From an uncultured delta proteobacterium (lineage in GTDB: Bacteria; Myxococcota; Kuafuiibacteriia; Kuafuiibacteriales; Kuafuiibacteriaceae), in contig CAWDML010000001.1 of assembly GCA_963803435.1 (NCBI GenBank), positions 3,136,001 to 3,200,000 on the forward strand: 64,000 bases of DNA, given 5' to 3'. The stretch's first letter is position 1; the number at the start of each line of letters is the position of its first letter. The translations under genes and the position numbers were made by a program. The notes under the pieces were generated by a model. The model did not search any database. It had not been told where the DNA came from and saw only the letters and a list, made by a program, of their open reading frames with translations. Shown in pieces: positions 20,169 to 32,600 of this stretch.

Positions 20169-23100
20169 GGCGGACGCGATCCCGGGGACCAGCACGAGCA
20201 CAGCCGCGATCAGTGAGCGGCGGCGGCGCAGCGGGAGGAGCGCCCCCAGCAGGAGCAACAGGCCCCACGCGGCCGATGATCCGCCGGTCCGCGCCGCGGA
20301 GCAGCCGCAGCCACCGCCCTCTTCGAGCGGCGGCGGCGTGGTGAGGGGGTCTTCCACGCGGATGCCGAAGGCCCTCGCCTCGATCTGTCCCAGCTCGTCC
20401 TGGGCCAGCACGGTGAACGGGAAGATACCGCTGGAGCTGGGCGTGCCCGAGATGGCGCCGTCGTCCGCGAGCGAGAGCCCGGGTGGGACCTGGCCGCTGA
20501 TCACGCGGAACACGATGGTGCCGGCCGGCGCTTCCGCCGAGACCGCGCGCAGCCGGACCGGACTCCCGCCCTCGTCGGCGTACTCCTGCTGGACCACGCC
20601 GCGCGGCAGATCGCTCGTCACGAACGAGATGCCGTTCGCCTCGCTGATCTCGACCACGTACCGATTCACGTCGAAGTCGCCGCGGCTGTCGGAGGCCCGG
20701 ATCGCGAAGCTGTAGAACCCGACCTTCCCCGGGATCCCGTAGATCCGATCGCGCTCGAGGATCAGGCCGTCGGGTAAGCTGCCGCCGGCCAGCGCGAACT
20801 CGAAGGGTGAGGCGCCGGTGCCGGGCGCGACGCGCAACGTGACGTCGTACTCTTCGCCGAGGCTTCCGTCGGGCAGGACGTCGTCGGACATGCGGACCGT
20901 GTCGTCCGGGTTCACGACGCGGATCGCGATCGGTCGGTCGTCGAAGGCGCCGGTGGCGTCCTCCACGCGAAACGTCAGGGTGTCGACCGCAGGCATGGTG
21001 GGCGCGCCGAAGATGACGCCGTTCGCGTCCATCTCGAGCCCCGGCGGCAACAGGCCGTCGACCGTCCAGCGATAGGGCGGGATGCCGCCGAACGCGGTCA
21101 ACGGATAGCGATAGGGGTGGGCGACGAACCCGGGCACCAGGGAGCGGGTCACGATCTCGAGCGGGAGCGTCTTCGCCGAGACGATGACGGTGAATGACTT
21201 CACGCTGGTGAGCATCCCGGCGCGCACCGAGACCGTGAACGTGAAGATGCCTTCCTCGGTGGTGGTCCCGGACAGCAGCCCGCCGGCGTCGAGCGTGAGA
21301 CCGGTCGGCAGCGTACCGCCTGCGATCGACCAGACGTAGCCGCCGGTGCCGCCGGCGGCGCCGAACAGCACCTGGTACTCGGTGCCGAGCACCGCCACCG
21401 GGAGGTCACCGGTGAGGATCACGAGCTGGCTCGCGAGGACCACCAGAGTGCCCTGGCTGGCGACCCGGTTGTTGCCCTCGTCGAGCTCCTCGGTCGCGTC
21501 CGCCGGATCCAGCACGTAGCCGACGTAGTAGTTGCCGCCGGCGACGGTGGAGGGGACGTGCACGCGGTCGACGCCGACGTCCTCACCGAAGGCCGAGAGC
21601 GCCACCGTCCCGGTTCCGATCGGCACGTCGGTCATCGGATCGATCGTCGAGTCCGAAGAGAGATAGATCTGATAGTCGATCCCGCCGGGAGCGTTTCCGG
21701 CGTTGGCCATCGTCCGCGCGACCACGAACGACTCGCCGGCAGCGGCGTTGATCGGGAGCCGGATCTCGGAAACGGTGAAGTCCGGCGCTGGGGCACGCGC
21801 GTCCAGCTTCCTCTGCGTGCGGCCGATGTTGTTGGTCTCGAACTGCTCGATCACGCTGCTCTGCGAGTCGGCGATGAGCCCCAGATAGTACATCCCGGGC
21901 GCCAGCGAGGCCGGGACGTCGAGCGTGTGCATCACCTGCACCGACTGGCCCGGCGCCAGCGTGATGGGGCCGAGCTCGCCGAGCAGCGGATCGGTGAGCG
22001 AGTTGATGAGCTCGTTCTCCGAGAGGTGGAACGCGTAGTAGAACGGCGGGGTGGTGGCGCCGCCGGTATTGCTGATGCGGGCCGAGACCTGGAGCTGGCC
22101 GCCGATGAAGATGAAGTTGCCGACGGCGTCGACCTGGCTCGCCACCACGTCGGCCCCGGCGACCTCGGTCGTGCTGAGCGAGATCCCGACGTTGTTGTTT
22201 TCGTTCGCCTCGGCGATCGCGTTCGTGAAGTCGACCTGGGCGATGACCCAGTAGTCGCCCGGGACGATGGTGCCGGGGATCTGGTATGGGACGCTGACGG
22301 GCGTGTTCGGCTGGGCAGGCACCGCGACGGTGGCAGTGCCGATCAGGTAGTCGGTCGCCGGGTTCAGGAGCGTGTCGGCGGAGAGATAGACCGCGACCCC
22401 CACGGCCGGCTGAGCCGATCCGTTGTTCACGATGGTGACCTCGGCGTTGCCGACCTCGTTCGGTCCGGTCGACCCGATCGGCGCGACGGCGACCGCCAGA
22501 TCCGCACCCACCAGGAATGCAGTGGTCGCGACCACCGCGTTGTTGGTCTCGATCGTCTCCATCACCTGGTTGTTGGAGTCGATGATCGCGCCGACCGTGT
22601 AGAGCCCGGGAGCCACGTTGGGCACGGTGGTGTTGAGGGTCCGCATCGCCAATCCCATCTGGGCGATGCTCGCGAAGTTGGCGGTACCGAGCAGCATGTC
22701 CGTGGGCTCGATGACGCTGTTGTCGGTCGAGAAGTAGAATGCGGCCGCGAAGGCCCCTGACGGCTGCGTCCCGATGTTCTGCACGGTCAGGGCGATGCTC
22801 AGCGGAGCGCCCACGTCTCCGCCGGTCCCGGAGGTCGCGCTGCCCACGAGCTCCGGCCCCACCGGGAGGGCGAACTCGATCACCTGATCGACCAGCGCCT
22901 GGAGATCGACGGCACCGCAGTTGCCGTTCACGGCACAGGGCAGCGGGACCACGGCGTCGGTACCACCGTCGTTCTCGATCCCGACGACCGCGAAGTCCCA
23001 GAGGAAGTCGTCCGCAGCGCTCGTGAACGGGCCATAGTGGAAGCGCACCGAGCCTGAGGCCTCGTCGAGACGGATCTGGTAGTTCGCGTGGGAGATGCTC

Positions 23101-26100
23101 CCGCCTCCGAAGTCGTAGTGCGAGACGTTGCTCCACTCGATCACGAGCTGGCGGTTGGGAGCCGACCCCATCACCTGGGTCGAGACGGCGGCGTTCGGCG
23201 CGTCGAGGATCATGTCGTCCCAGAACACGCCCAGGATCCGATCCGGTGGCTCGGTCGACGGCATGGGGATCGACTGGTAGTCGATGTCGTAGACGCAGCG
23301 GCTCTGCACGCAGGCACCGGTGAACTGATCGCACTCGGCGTCCCCGGTGCAGCTGTTCGCGAAGATGGCGGCGCCGTTCACGCCGACGTCGATCGTGTCG
23401 TAGCTGACCCCGTAATAGGAGAAGGGAAAGGGGATGCTCACCGACGCCATTCCGTCGTCATCGTCGGTCAGCGAGAGCGGGGCGGCGCCGGTCAGCGGGA
23501 CGTAGGGCGCCGAGTATTGTGCGGCGACGTAGAGCTGCGCGGAGGCGGGCGCAGAGGAGAGCACCAGCCCGAGCACCGCCAGCGTGGGCGCGATCCGGCG
23601 CCGCGAGCGGAGGACGAAGGCCAGCGGGAGCAGCAGCAGGCCCCACAGGCCGCCCGAGCGGCCGCCGGACGTGGTGCAACCGCACCCACCGCTCTCGTCC
23701 GGCATCTCCACCACCACTGGCGTCCGCGACACGATCGCGAACGGTCGCTCGTCAAAGCGGCCCTTGGCGTCGAAGACCCGCGCCGTGAACGCCCAGGTGC
23801 CCTCGCGCTCCAGGTTGCCGCGCACGACCAGATCGTTCTCCGTCTCACCCTCGGCGATGCCATCGCTCTGCTCGACGACGAACCCCGGAGGGAGGAAGCC
23901 TTCACCGCGGATGAGCTCCCAGGTGTAAGGCTGGGCGCCGCCCTCGGCCTTGATGAGCGCGCGATACTCGGTGTTCGGCGCGCCCACCGGCAGCTCCTCG
24001 GTGGCGATCGCGAACCGGCCGGTCGCCAGCACGGCCATGGTGAGCTGGTTGGTGTCCGCGTTGCCGCGCTCGTCGGTGACCTCGACGCGGAAGCGATAGC
24101 TGCGGGCGATCTCGGGGATGCCGGCGAGCACACCAGTGTTGGTGATGCTGAGGCCCGGAGGGAGTGTGGTGACCGCGCGCCAGGCGAGCGCTCCGACACC
24201 TCCGACGGCGATGAGCTGCTGGGAGTAGGGCTCCTCGATCTGACCGTCGATGAGGTCCGAGCTCACGATCGTGAGGTTCCCCGGCGAGCGAATGTCGAGG
24301 TTCAACGCCACGCTCGCGGTGGCGGACATGTTGTCGCGCACCTCGACCGAGAACGCCGCGAAGCCTGCCTGATCGGGTGAGCCGAACAGCGTGCCGTCCG
24401 GCGCCAGCAGGACCCCGCGCGGGAGCGAGCCCTCGCGGAGCCGCCAGCTGTATGGGCGTGCGCCGCCGACCGCGACCAGCGAGACGGCGTAGTCTCCACC
24501 GAGGGTGCCGTCGGGGAGCATGTGCGTGGCGATCGTCAGCGGATAGCTGGGATCGAGGACCTCGAGGTCCAGCGTCTTCATCCCGGTGACGTTGCCCGAG
24601 GTGGCGCGGATCTGGAGCTCGAACGAGCCCACGGTGAGCGGCACGCCGGCCAGCTCGCCGGTGGACGGGCTGAACGTCATGCCCGAGGGCAGGCTCCCCG
24701 AGGCCAGCGAGTACGTGAAGACGCCGGTGCCTCCGGCGGCGCGGACGCGGGCCGAGTAGCCCTGTCCGAGCGTAGCCGGCGGGAGGGCGTCGGTGATGAT
24801 CGCGACGTCGGCGGAGGAGACGATCACGCGCTCGGCGGATCGTCCGATGTTGTTGGTCTCGTCGAGCTCGGCGAGCGTGAGATCGGGATCGAGGATCAGA
24901 CCGAAGTAGTAGGCCCCGGTGGCGATCCCGGCGGGCACCATCGCGGTGAGCGTGCCGGTGACGGTCTCCCGGGGCTGGGTGTCGAAGCCAACGCGTCCGC
25001 CGAGCGGGAAGTCCGAGATCGTGATCGCCGAGTTGCTGGACAGGTAGCCCTGCATCTCGAGGCGGCCCGGCTCGTTGCCGAAGTTCTGCACGCGGTAGGC
25101 GACCGAGAGCATCTCGCCGGGGCGGACCTCGGTCGCGAGCGGGCGCAGCGAGAGCACGCGGAGGTCGGGGGCCCGGTCGGCGATGCGAACGGTCTGGGTG
25201 GAGAAGGCGAAGTTGTTCGCCTCGGAGGTCTCGTCGATCTCGTCGAGCTGATCCACGCGGACGCCCACCCGGTACTGCCCGACCGGTTGATCGTTCGGGA
25301 CCTCGACTTCGAAGGAGACGGAGCGGGACTCGTAGCCTGACAGCGTGATCGGGCCACTCTGGAACAGGAGCGCGCCGCCGGCGGTGGAGGTGCCGGTGCC
25401 CGGGATCAGATAGACACCGTAGCGAAAGGGGCCGAGCGGATCCTGATGCCGGCTGATCACGCGGGCGGAGGCCGGGAACGGGAGGCCGGGATAACCGACG
25501 TGCGGGACCTGAACGCCGGCGACCGTGACGTCCTCACCGGCGTCCGCGATCACCGTGATCTTCTGATCGGGGAGCCCGAGGATGGTGGCGTTGTCGCACG
25601 GGTTCGCCTGGCAGGGCCCGAGCCACATCCCGGCGGTCCCCGAGGTGTTCTCCATGCCGATGCGCGCATCGATCAGCGTCGGCTGGCCCAGAAAGTCGGT
25701 GCCGATCGACATCGGCCCGAAGTGGATGTCGAACATCGACGACAGCCCTTCGTGCAGCGTGATCTGGAAGGTCGCGCTGCTCGCCGTCTGATCATCGGTG
25801 TAGTGACGAAGCCGCCGGAACTCGATCGTGATGCTGCCGTCCCCTGGGCTGGGATCGATCCGATAGAAGACGCCCATTCCGGGGTTCGACACTCCGAAGC
25901 AACCGACCGCATCCGCGCACCAATCCGACCAGAGCCCCGCGATGAAGCCGTTCGGCGACCCCACCGACGGGATGACGCCCGGCGGGTAGTGATTGCCGAA
26001 GCCGAGATCCATCACGCCGATCAGCCCGTTCGCGTTGATCCAGACCGCGCTCTGCGGCTGGCCGTAGAAGTAGAACTCGAAAGGGAGCGGGATCATCACC

Positions 26101-29100
26101 GTGTTCCCATCCCCGAGGCCGGAGGTCATCTGCGCGGAGCCGTCGAGCGGCTCGAAGGGCTCGACGCTCTCGAAGACCTGATAAGGGACCGCCTGAGCCC
26201 GGGCGGTCGCCGGCAGCACCGCCAAGCCGACGAGGAGCAGCGCGCTCCGCCTCCGCCGGCCCAGGCCCCACAGACCTGCGAGCGCGGCGAGGAACAGGAA
26301 CGACCACGGCGAGCCCTGCCCGCGCCCGGCTGCGCTGCAACCGCAGCCGCCGTCGTCGCCACCGCCGCCCATGCCCTCGTCCGGAGGCTCCACGAAGATG
26401 ACGAGCGACGTGCGCGAGACGTCGTTCGAGGCGTCGCGGACCTGGACGATGAACGGGAAGGTCCCGGACTGCGAGGGCGTCCCCGAGATGACGCCGCTCG
26501 CAGCGTCGAGGCCGATCCCGGCGGGGAGCGATCCGTCGAGCACGCTCCAGACGAGCGAGGAGAGATCACCGCCCGGCTTCACTGCCCGCAGGCGCACGGG
26601 CTCGCCGTTCGGATCGAGGTAGTCCACGCCGACCTTCCCCGGGGGCAGGCCCGTCTCCGAGCTCTGGCCGTTCGTGATCTGCAGTGCGCCCTCCTCGAGG
26701 ATCGCCAGCACGTACGCGTTGCGATCGAGGAGACCGCGCTGATCGCGGACCTCGACCACCAGCGGATAGTCACCCGCGATCGTCGGCGTGCCGGTCAGCG
26801 TGGCGTGGTCGAGATCGAAAGACAGGCCCGGCGGGATGCGGCCCTCGAGGCGCCACTGATAGGGCGGCGTTCCGCCGGCGGCGGCGAACGAGGTGTCATA
26901 CTGGGTACCCACCTCGCCGTCCGGCACGTCCGCGGTGGTGATCGTGATGGACGACGACGGGTCGACCACGTCAATCGCGAGCAGCCCGGTCGCGAGCGCG
27001 CCCGTCAGATCGCGGACCTCGACCTCGAACGTGAAGGCGCCGATGAGCTGCGGCTCGCCGCCGAGCTCGCCGAGGGCCGAGACACCGAGGCCCGGAGGAA
27101 CCGTCCCGTTGCCGAGCGACCAGGTGTACGGCGGCGTTCCGCCCACGGCCACCAGCTGCACGCGGTACGACTCCAGCGCCAGCGCCGGCGGCAAGCGCGA
27201 CGAGACCACCTCGAGGCCGATCGTCGGAGGGGTCACGATCAAGGAGTAAGACTTGGTCGCCGACAGGTTTCCGGAGGTGACCCGCACCGTGAGCGGGTGG
27301 CTCCCCTCGCCCGCCGCCGTGGGCGTGCCGTGGAGCTCACCGAGCGCCGGATCGAACGAGAGGCCGGCCGGAGCGCCGTTCGGCCAGGTGACCGACCAGG
27401 CGTAGTCCTCCACGCCGCCGACTGCAGAGAAGCGCCGCGTGTACTCGACGCCGATGATCGCGGGCGGCGGTGCCGGCGAGACGATCGCGAGGTCCGCACC
27501 GACCACCACGATCGGCCCGACCGACGCGGTGTTGTTGTCCTCGTAGACCTCGTCGACCAGGTCGTCCGGATCGACGATCGCGCCGATGTAGTAGTTGCCT
27601 GAGGGGAGGTCGCCCGGGATCGACGCCCAGACCGCCGACGTCGACTCGCCCGGCGGGGTCAACGGGACCGCCGTCGCGCTGTCGTAGATCGAGGGATCCG
27701 TGTCGGTGATGCCCGCGTTGTCGGAGACGACGATGCGCAGGTGCGTGGCGCCGGGGGCGTTGCCCAGGTTGGCGAAGCGGACGGCCACCGGGAGCTGCTC
27801 ACCCGCCGCAGCCGCCGAGCTGGTGGAGATCTCCAGAGGGATGAAGTCGGGCGCAACATCGCGGATCAGGATCGTCTGATCGCGGCGCTTCGTGTTGTTG
27901 GTCTCGATCGCCTCATTCACCACGGTCTGACAGTCGGCGACGCCCGCGATGTACCAGGTCCCGGTGGCGGTGTCGGTCGGGATCATGGGCTGGAGCATCA
28001 GCGTGGCGGATTCGCCCGGCACCAGCGTCATCAGGCCGGTCTCGATCAGGACCGTGTCCGAGACCAGCGAGATGAGCAGGTTGTCGGAGAGGACCACGCA
28101 GGCGGTGAAGTCGCGCGCGGTGGCGCCGCCCGTGTTGTGGATCCGTAGGCCGACCGGATAGGTGAGTCCGCGGAACGCGATGTCGGCTCCGGTGAAGGTC
28201 TCGGCGACCAGATCGGGGCCGTCGATGTCGACGGTCGTGGGCGACGAGATCTCGTTGTTGTTCTCGTTCGGCTCCGCGATCTGATCGGTGTCGTCGATGT
28301 CCGCGATGACGTAGTAGTTGGGCGGGCTCGGCTGGATCCCGGGCGGTACCGTCAGACTCACCGTTCCGTTGAACGTGAAGCCGTCCGGCAGCGTGATCAG
28401 CTGCGTCGGGTCGATCATCGTGTCGAACGAGTCGAGCATCTCGTTGGTCGAGAAGTAGAAGGTGACGCTGACGGGCGTGGCGACCGGCGCGCCCCGGTTC
28501 GTCAGCGTGAAGTCGATGTCGAGCACCTCGCCCGGTCCGGTGACCGCCGGGATCGCGACCGAGCCGGTGAGGTCGGGCGCCGTGGCGATCGGTCCGGAGA
28601 AGACCGTGTTGTTGGTCTCGACCACCTCGGCGACCGTGTTGTTCGTATCGACGACGATCGCCACGTAGTACGTCCCGACCGGCGTGCCCGGGGGCATCAT
28701 CACCGTCCGCATCACGTTGACCACGCTGGAGGCGGCCTGGCCGTTCTGGTTGAAGTTGCCGAGGGGCGTGCCGCCCGTGATCGAGGTGTTGGTGGTGGTG
28801 AGGTACAGAGCGCAGGCATAGTTCCCGGCGGGCATCAGGCCCAGGTTCCGGAGCGCGATGTCGACCGTGAAGTTGGTGCCGGGATACGCCCCGGGCGGCG
28901 CCGTGATCGACGCCGTCAGCTCGGGCTGGTTGGGGAGCTGCACGCTGATGGTCTTGCCGGCCGGCTGCCAGTTGAGCGAGGCGCAGGACGCAGGCGAGCA
29001 CATGCACCCGGCGCCGCAGCCCGTGAACATCCCCATCAGGTTGAAGCCCTCGGTGCCGTCGACGTTCTCGACGGCCGCCGTCGCGCCGGAGATGCCGGCG

Positions 29101-29670
29101 TTGGGCCCGTAGACCACGTCGAACTGCGCGTTCCCCTCGTGGAGGATGACCTGGAACGAGAGGCTCGAATCCGCTGGGGTTGAAGAACTCGTGGAGCCCC
29201 GACACCTGGATCACGAACGTGCGGTTCGGCGCGGTGCCCAGGGCCTGGGATCGGATCTCGCCGGTCCCGCCGCTGCCGTCGAGGTCTGACCACGCGACCC
29301 CTATGTAGTTGTGCACCGTGTTGCTGGCGCTCGGCACCGTGAAGGGCGGGCCCAGGATGCTGGGGCCGTTCATCGGCAGCGGCGAGAACGTCACGAACCC
29401 GTTCGTGTGGACGAAGATCTGGTTGTACGTGCCGTTGAAGAACGTGAAGTCGAACGGCAGCGAGATCTGCACGAAGCCCTCGTCCCAGGGATCGAACGTG
29501 CTCGTCGGATCGACCAGCACCGGCGTATGCACCGTCCCGCCGGTGATCGGCGTGTAGGTCCCGTTGGAGTGGGTGGTCAGATACGGGGTCTGAGCGCTGG
29601 CGTCGGAGGAGAACGAGGTGACGAGCCCGGCTGCGACGAGAGCCGGGCCGAGGTATTTGAGGACATGCAT
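17600..29670 (-). CDS. Giant (about 4,020 aa) four-unit surface polyprotein with three internal MYXO-CTERM/signal-peptide junctions and a terminal MYXO-CTERM (indels near 29170 and 17755)
   Basis: Joins the N-terminus of ORF 27913..29670 (signal peptide MHVLKYLG...DASA|QTPY) to ORF 17493..29117; shifted frame after about 17755 gives ...DAGCSCRAQRAGSGASGAGWWLLLLAVFIGRKPRRQR* with stop at 17600-17602. Confidence 0.85.
20169..23537 (-). other. Polyprotein unit 3 (type A): NIDO-like head, 4 CARDB, 4 Ig-like, MYXO-CTERM, signal for unit 4
   Basis: Starts QLYVAAQ; IPFPFSYYG...VGVNG...LGVFWDDM; ends GGGCGCSAARTGGSSAAWGLLLLLGALLPLRRRRSLIAAVLVLVPGIASA. Confidence 0.75.
23538..26195 (-). other. Polyprotein unit 2 (type B): NIDO-like head, 2 CARDB, 4 Ig-like, MYXO-CTERM, signal for unit 3
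   Basis: Starts QAVPYQV; LPFEFYFYG...INANG...IAGLWSDW; ends GGCGCTTSGGRSGGLWGLLLLPLAFVLRSRRRIAPTLAVLGLVLSSAPASA. Confidence 0.75.
26196..29670 (-). other. Polyprotein unit 1 (type A): signal peptide, NIDO-like head, 4 CARDB, 4 Ig-like, MYXO-CTERM, signal for unit 2
   Basis: Head LPFDFTFFNGTYNQIFVHTNG...IGVAWSDL; four E..E.NN CARDB repeats; ends GGCGCSAAGRGQGSPWSFLFLAALAGLWGLGRRRRSALLLVGLAVLPATARA. Confidence 0.75.
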
Positions 29671-29677
29671 GTTGGTG

Positions 29678-32600
29678 TCAGAGGCACTCGGGCCGGTAGG
29701 TGATGGTGATCTCCGAGCCCGGCTCCGGAATCGCGAGGGGCGCGAAGTTCACCGTGTTGGTGGCGGGATCATAGGTCCAGCGGACCTGACCCGCGGGGCC
29801 CACGGCATCGACTGGAACACCGTCGACGATCACCTCCACCGTACCCGCCACCGGCTGGTTGGTGAGGAAGAACCGCGACTTGTAGCCGAACACCGAGAGA
29901 CCGAGGTTCTGGAGCGACTGGGCCCAGTCCGCCGTGCAGATCGACTCGAAGATGCCACCGCTCCGCTCGGCGGTGGCCGCATAGCGCGAGCCCGCCTCGG
30001 CGGTGGCGCAACCGCCGGGAACGTCGCCGACGATCGCAGAGGCGGAGAACAGGTTCGTGTTCCGGAAGCCTTTGATCGCCAGGAAGTAGTTCACGTAGAA
30101 GTCGACGGCGTTCGACGACTGATCCTCTTCGTCGGAGAGGAAGATCAGCGCCAGGTACGCGTTCGTCCGCAGGAACCCGTTGTTCCAGCCGGTGATCACC
30201 GGGCTGGAGAGCGCGAGGTACGCGGCCTCCAGACCGCGCTCCGTCCCGGACCCGTTGATGCCCTGCGACACGATCGCCGAGAAGGCCTGCGTCGCCGAGG
30301 GCTGCTCGTCGGGCGTGATCAGCCGCCAGTTCGGGTTCATCTGGGAGCCGTCGCCGTTGCCGTCGGCGAAGTAGCCGCACTGGCCCTGGGCCAGGCTGTT
30401 GGGCCGCTGCGCCGGCGCGGGAGAGGGGCAGCCGTCCACGTCGGTGGTGACCACGCCGATGCGGTAGTCGAGGGCCTGGCTGTCGGCGAACTGGATGAAG
30501 GCGTCGAAGTTGGAGGCGAGGCTGGTCTGCTCCTCGCTCATCGAGCAGGAGTTGTCGATGACGAAGAGGATGTCGACCTCGGGCGTCTCGAGCTGCTGGA
30601 ACTCGTCGGTGTTGACCGGATCGTCCGCGCCCTCGCCGAACATCGGGACCACGTACGGATCGACCTTGCCCCGCTCGAAGAGGTGGAAGAAGCCGTTGTC
30701 CACGCCGATGTCGACGGTCTGATAGCGCACGTTGAACGTGATCGAGGCGCCGGGGTTGATCGACGCACCGGGCGGCGCCGGGACGCCGGCGGGCAGGTTC
30801 TCGATCTTGAACTCGGCGCTGACGCCGGCAGGTAGCTCGATCCGGTCGACGAACGTCGGCGCGGTCCCGGTGTTGTAGACCGTGATCTCCCGCTGCCGCG
30901 TGGAGCAGCCGACGCCGATCTGACCGAAGTCGATCTCGTTCGGCGTGATCAGGAGCGCCGAGTCGGAGCCGACACCGTGGAGCATGACCTCCGGGTTCGA
31001 GTTCGTCGGATCCGAGATGTAGAAGCTCATCAGGCCGTCGTCGATGCCATTCATCGGCGGCGTGTACTCGACGATCACGTTCTTCTCACCGCCGGGAGGG
31101 ACGATGATGCCGGTCTCGACACCGTCGGCCAGGCCGAAGGCCGAGGAGGAGCCGGGCGCGATCTCGATGTCGTTCACCAGGCAGTCGTTCGTGCCCGTGT
31201 TCGTGATCCGGACGCCCTGCGAGGTGGCGCGGAGCACCTGGACGATGCCGAAGTTCACCGCCATCGGCGTGACCGTGTAGCTGCACGGCGGGAGGTCGAC
31301 GCCCTCACCCTGGACGTCGACGAAGAAGGGGCTCTCGTCGGCGTCATCGCTGTCGATCTGAACGCGGGACGTCACGACCCCCTCGGCGGTGGGACGGAAC
31401 GTCACCTCCAGCACCTGGGCGTCGCCGGGATCCACCGTGAATGCAGAGCGATCCACCGAGTAGGCGCCGGTGCCGTCGACGTCGCCCTGGATCCGGGTGA
31501 CGGTGAGCTGGTTGTAGCCGGTGTTCTCGACGAGGACGCGGCGCTTGCCGGTGGTGCCGAGGGCGATCATCCCGAAGTTGATGGCGGCGGGGAGCACCGA
31601 GATGTCCGGCCCACCGGCCTCGCCGCGGAGCTGGATCTCGACGTCGTCCAGGTTGCGGTTGGCCGCCGGGTTCCGGCCATGGATCGTGACCCGGCCCGCG
31701 GGGTTGGTGCCCACACTGGCGACCGTCGGTGAGAACTGGGCCTCCACCTCGAAGGTCTCGTTCGGGCCCAGGTTGGAGGGCGTGCCGGTGTACCCGACCA
31801 CGGTGTACTCGGGCGCGGTGCCCGCGGTGCGATCCCAGCCGAGGACGGTGACCGCCTCGGTGGCCACGTTGCGGCAGACCGTCCGCTGCGTGGCGGTGAC
31901 GCCCGGGTTCACCTGGCCGAACAGGAGGTCCGCCGGATCGCAGACGATCGCCGCGTTGGTGCCTTCGCCGAGGAGCGAGACGCGCTGATCGCACAGCGGG
32001 TTGGGACAGTTGGAGAGCGTCCAGCGCCCCATGTCGGCGCGGCCCACCTGCGAGGGATCCGGCGTGTAGCGCACCTTCACCATGATCGACTGGTTCTGGG
32101 CCAGCTTCTCGCCGGCCGGGAGCAGCGAGCCGCCGGTCAGATCGGCGGGCAGATCGATGAGCTCGAAGCGGCCCATGCCACCCTCGTTCACGATCTGGGG
32201 CCGTCCGTCGCTGCCCACCTTCGTGAAGACCTCGACCTCCACGCCCAGCCGGTTGGTGATGGTGACGTCCAGGGTTCGGCTCGAGCCCACCAGCACCTTG
32301 CCGAAGTCGATCGGGTTGGGCATGACCTCCAGCCCCGTGTCGACCCCGCGGGCCCGGACCGCCACCGTACGGCTGGCCGGCGTCCCGGCGTCGCTCCAGA
32401 CCATGCGGAAGCTGGCGTCGATCGGCTGCTCCATCGCCTCGAACGCCTGGAATGTCAGCGTCAGCGTCTTGGTTTGACCTGCTTGAAGGGAGAAGGAGGT
32501 CTCGGAGAGCCGAAACTCGTAATCCGCCCCGGTGAAGCTGGTCTGCTCGATCTGCTCGACGGTGACCACGGCAGAGCCGACATTCTTGATGTCGATGGTA

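Noticed and set aside
20166-26350. Polyprotein junctions as four separate genes merged by error
   Set aside because: All three junctions are in frame, lack stop and ATG codons, and share one Arg cluster between anchor and signal; three independent errors giving the same design is implausible, though only reads can exclude it.
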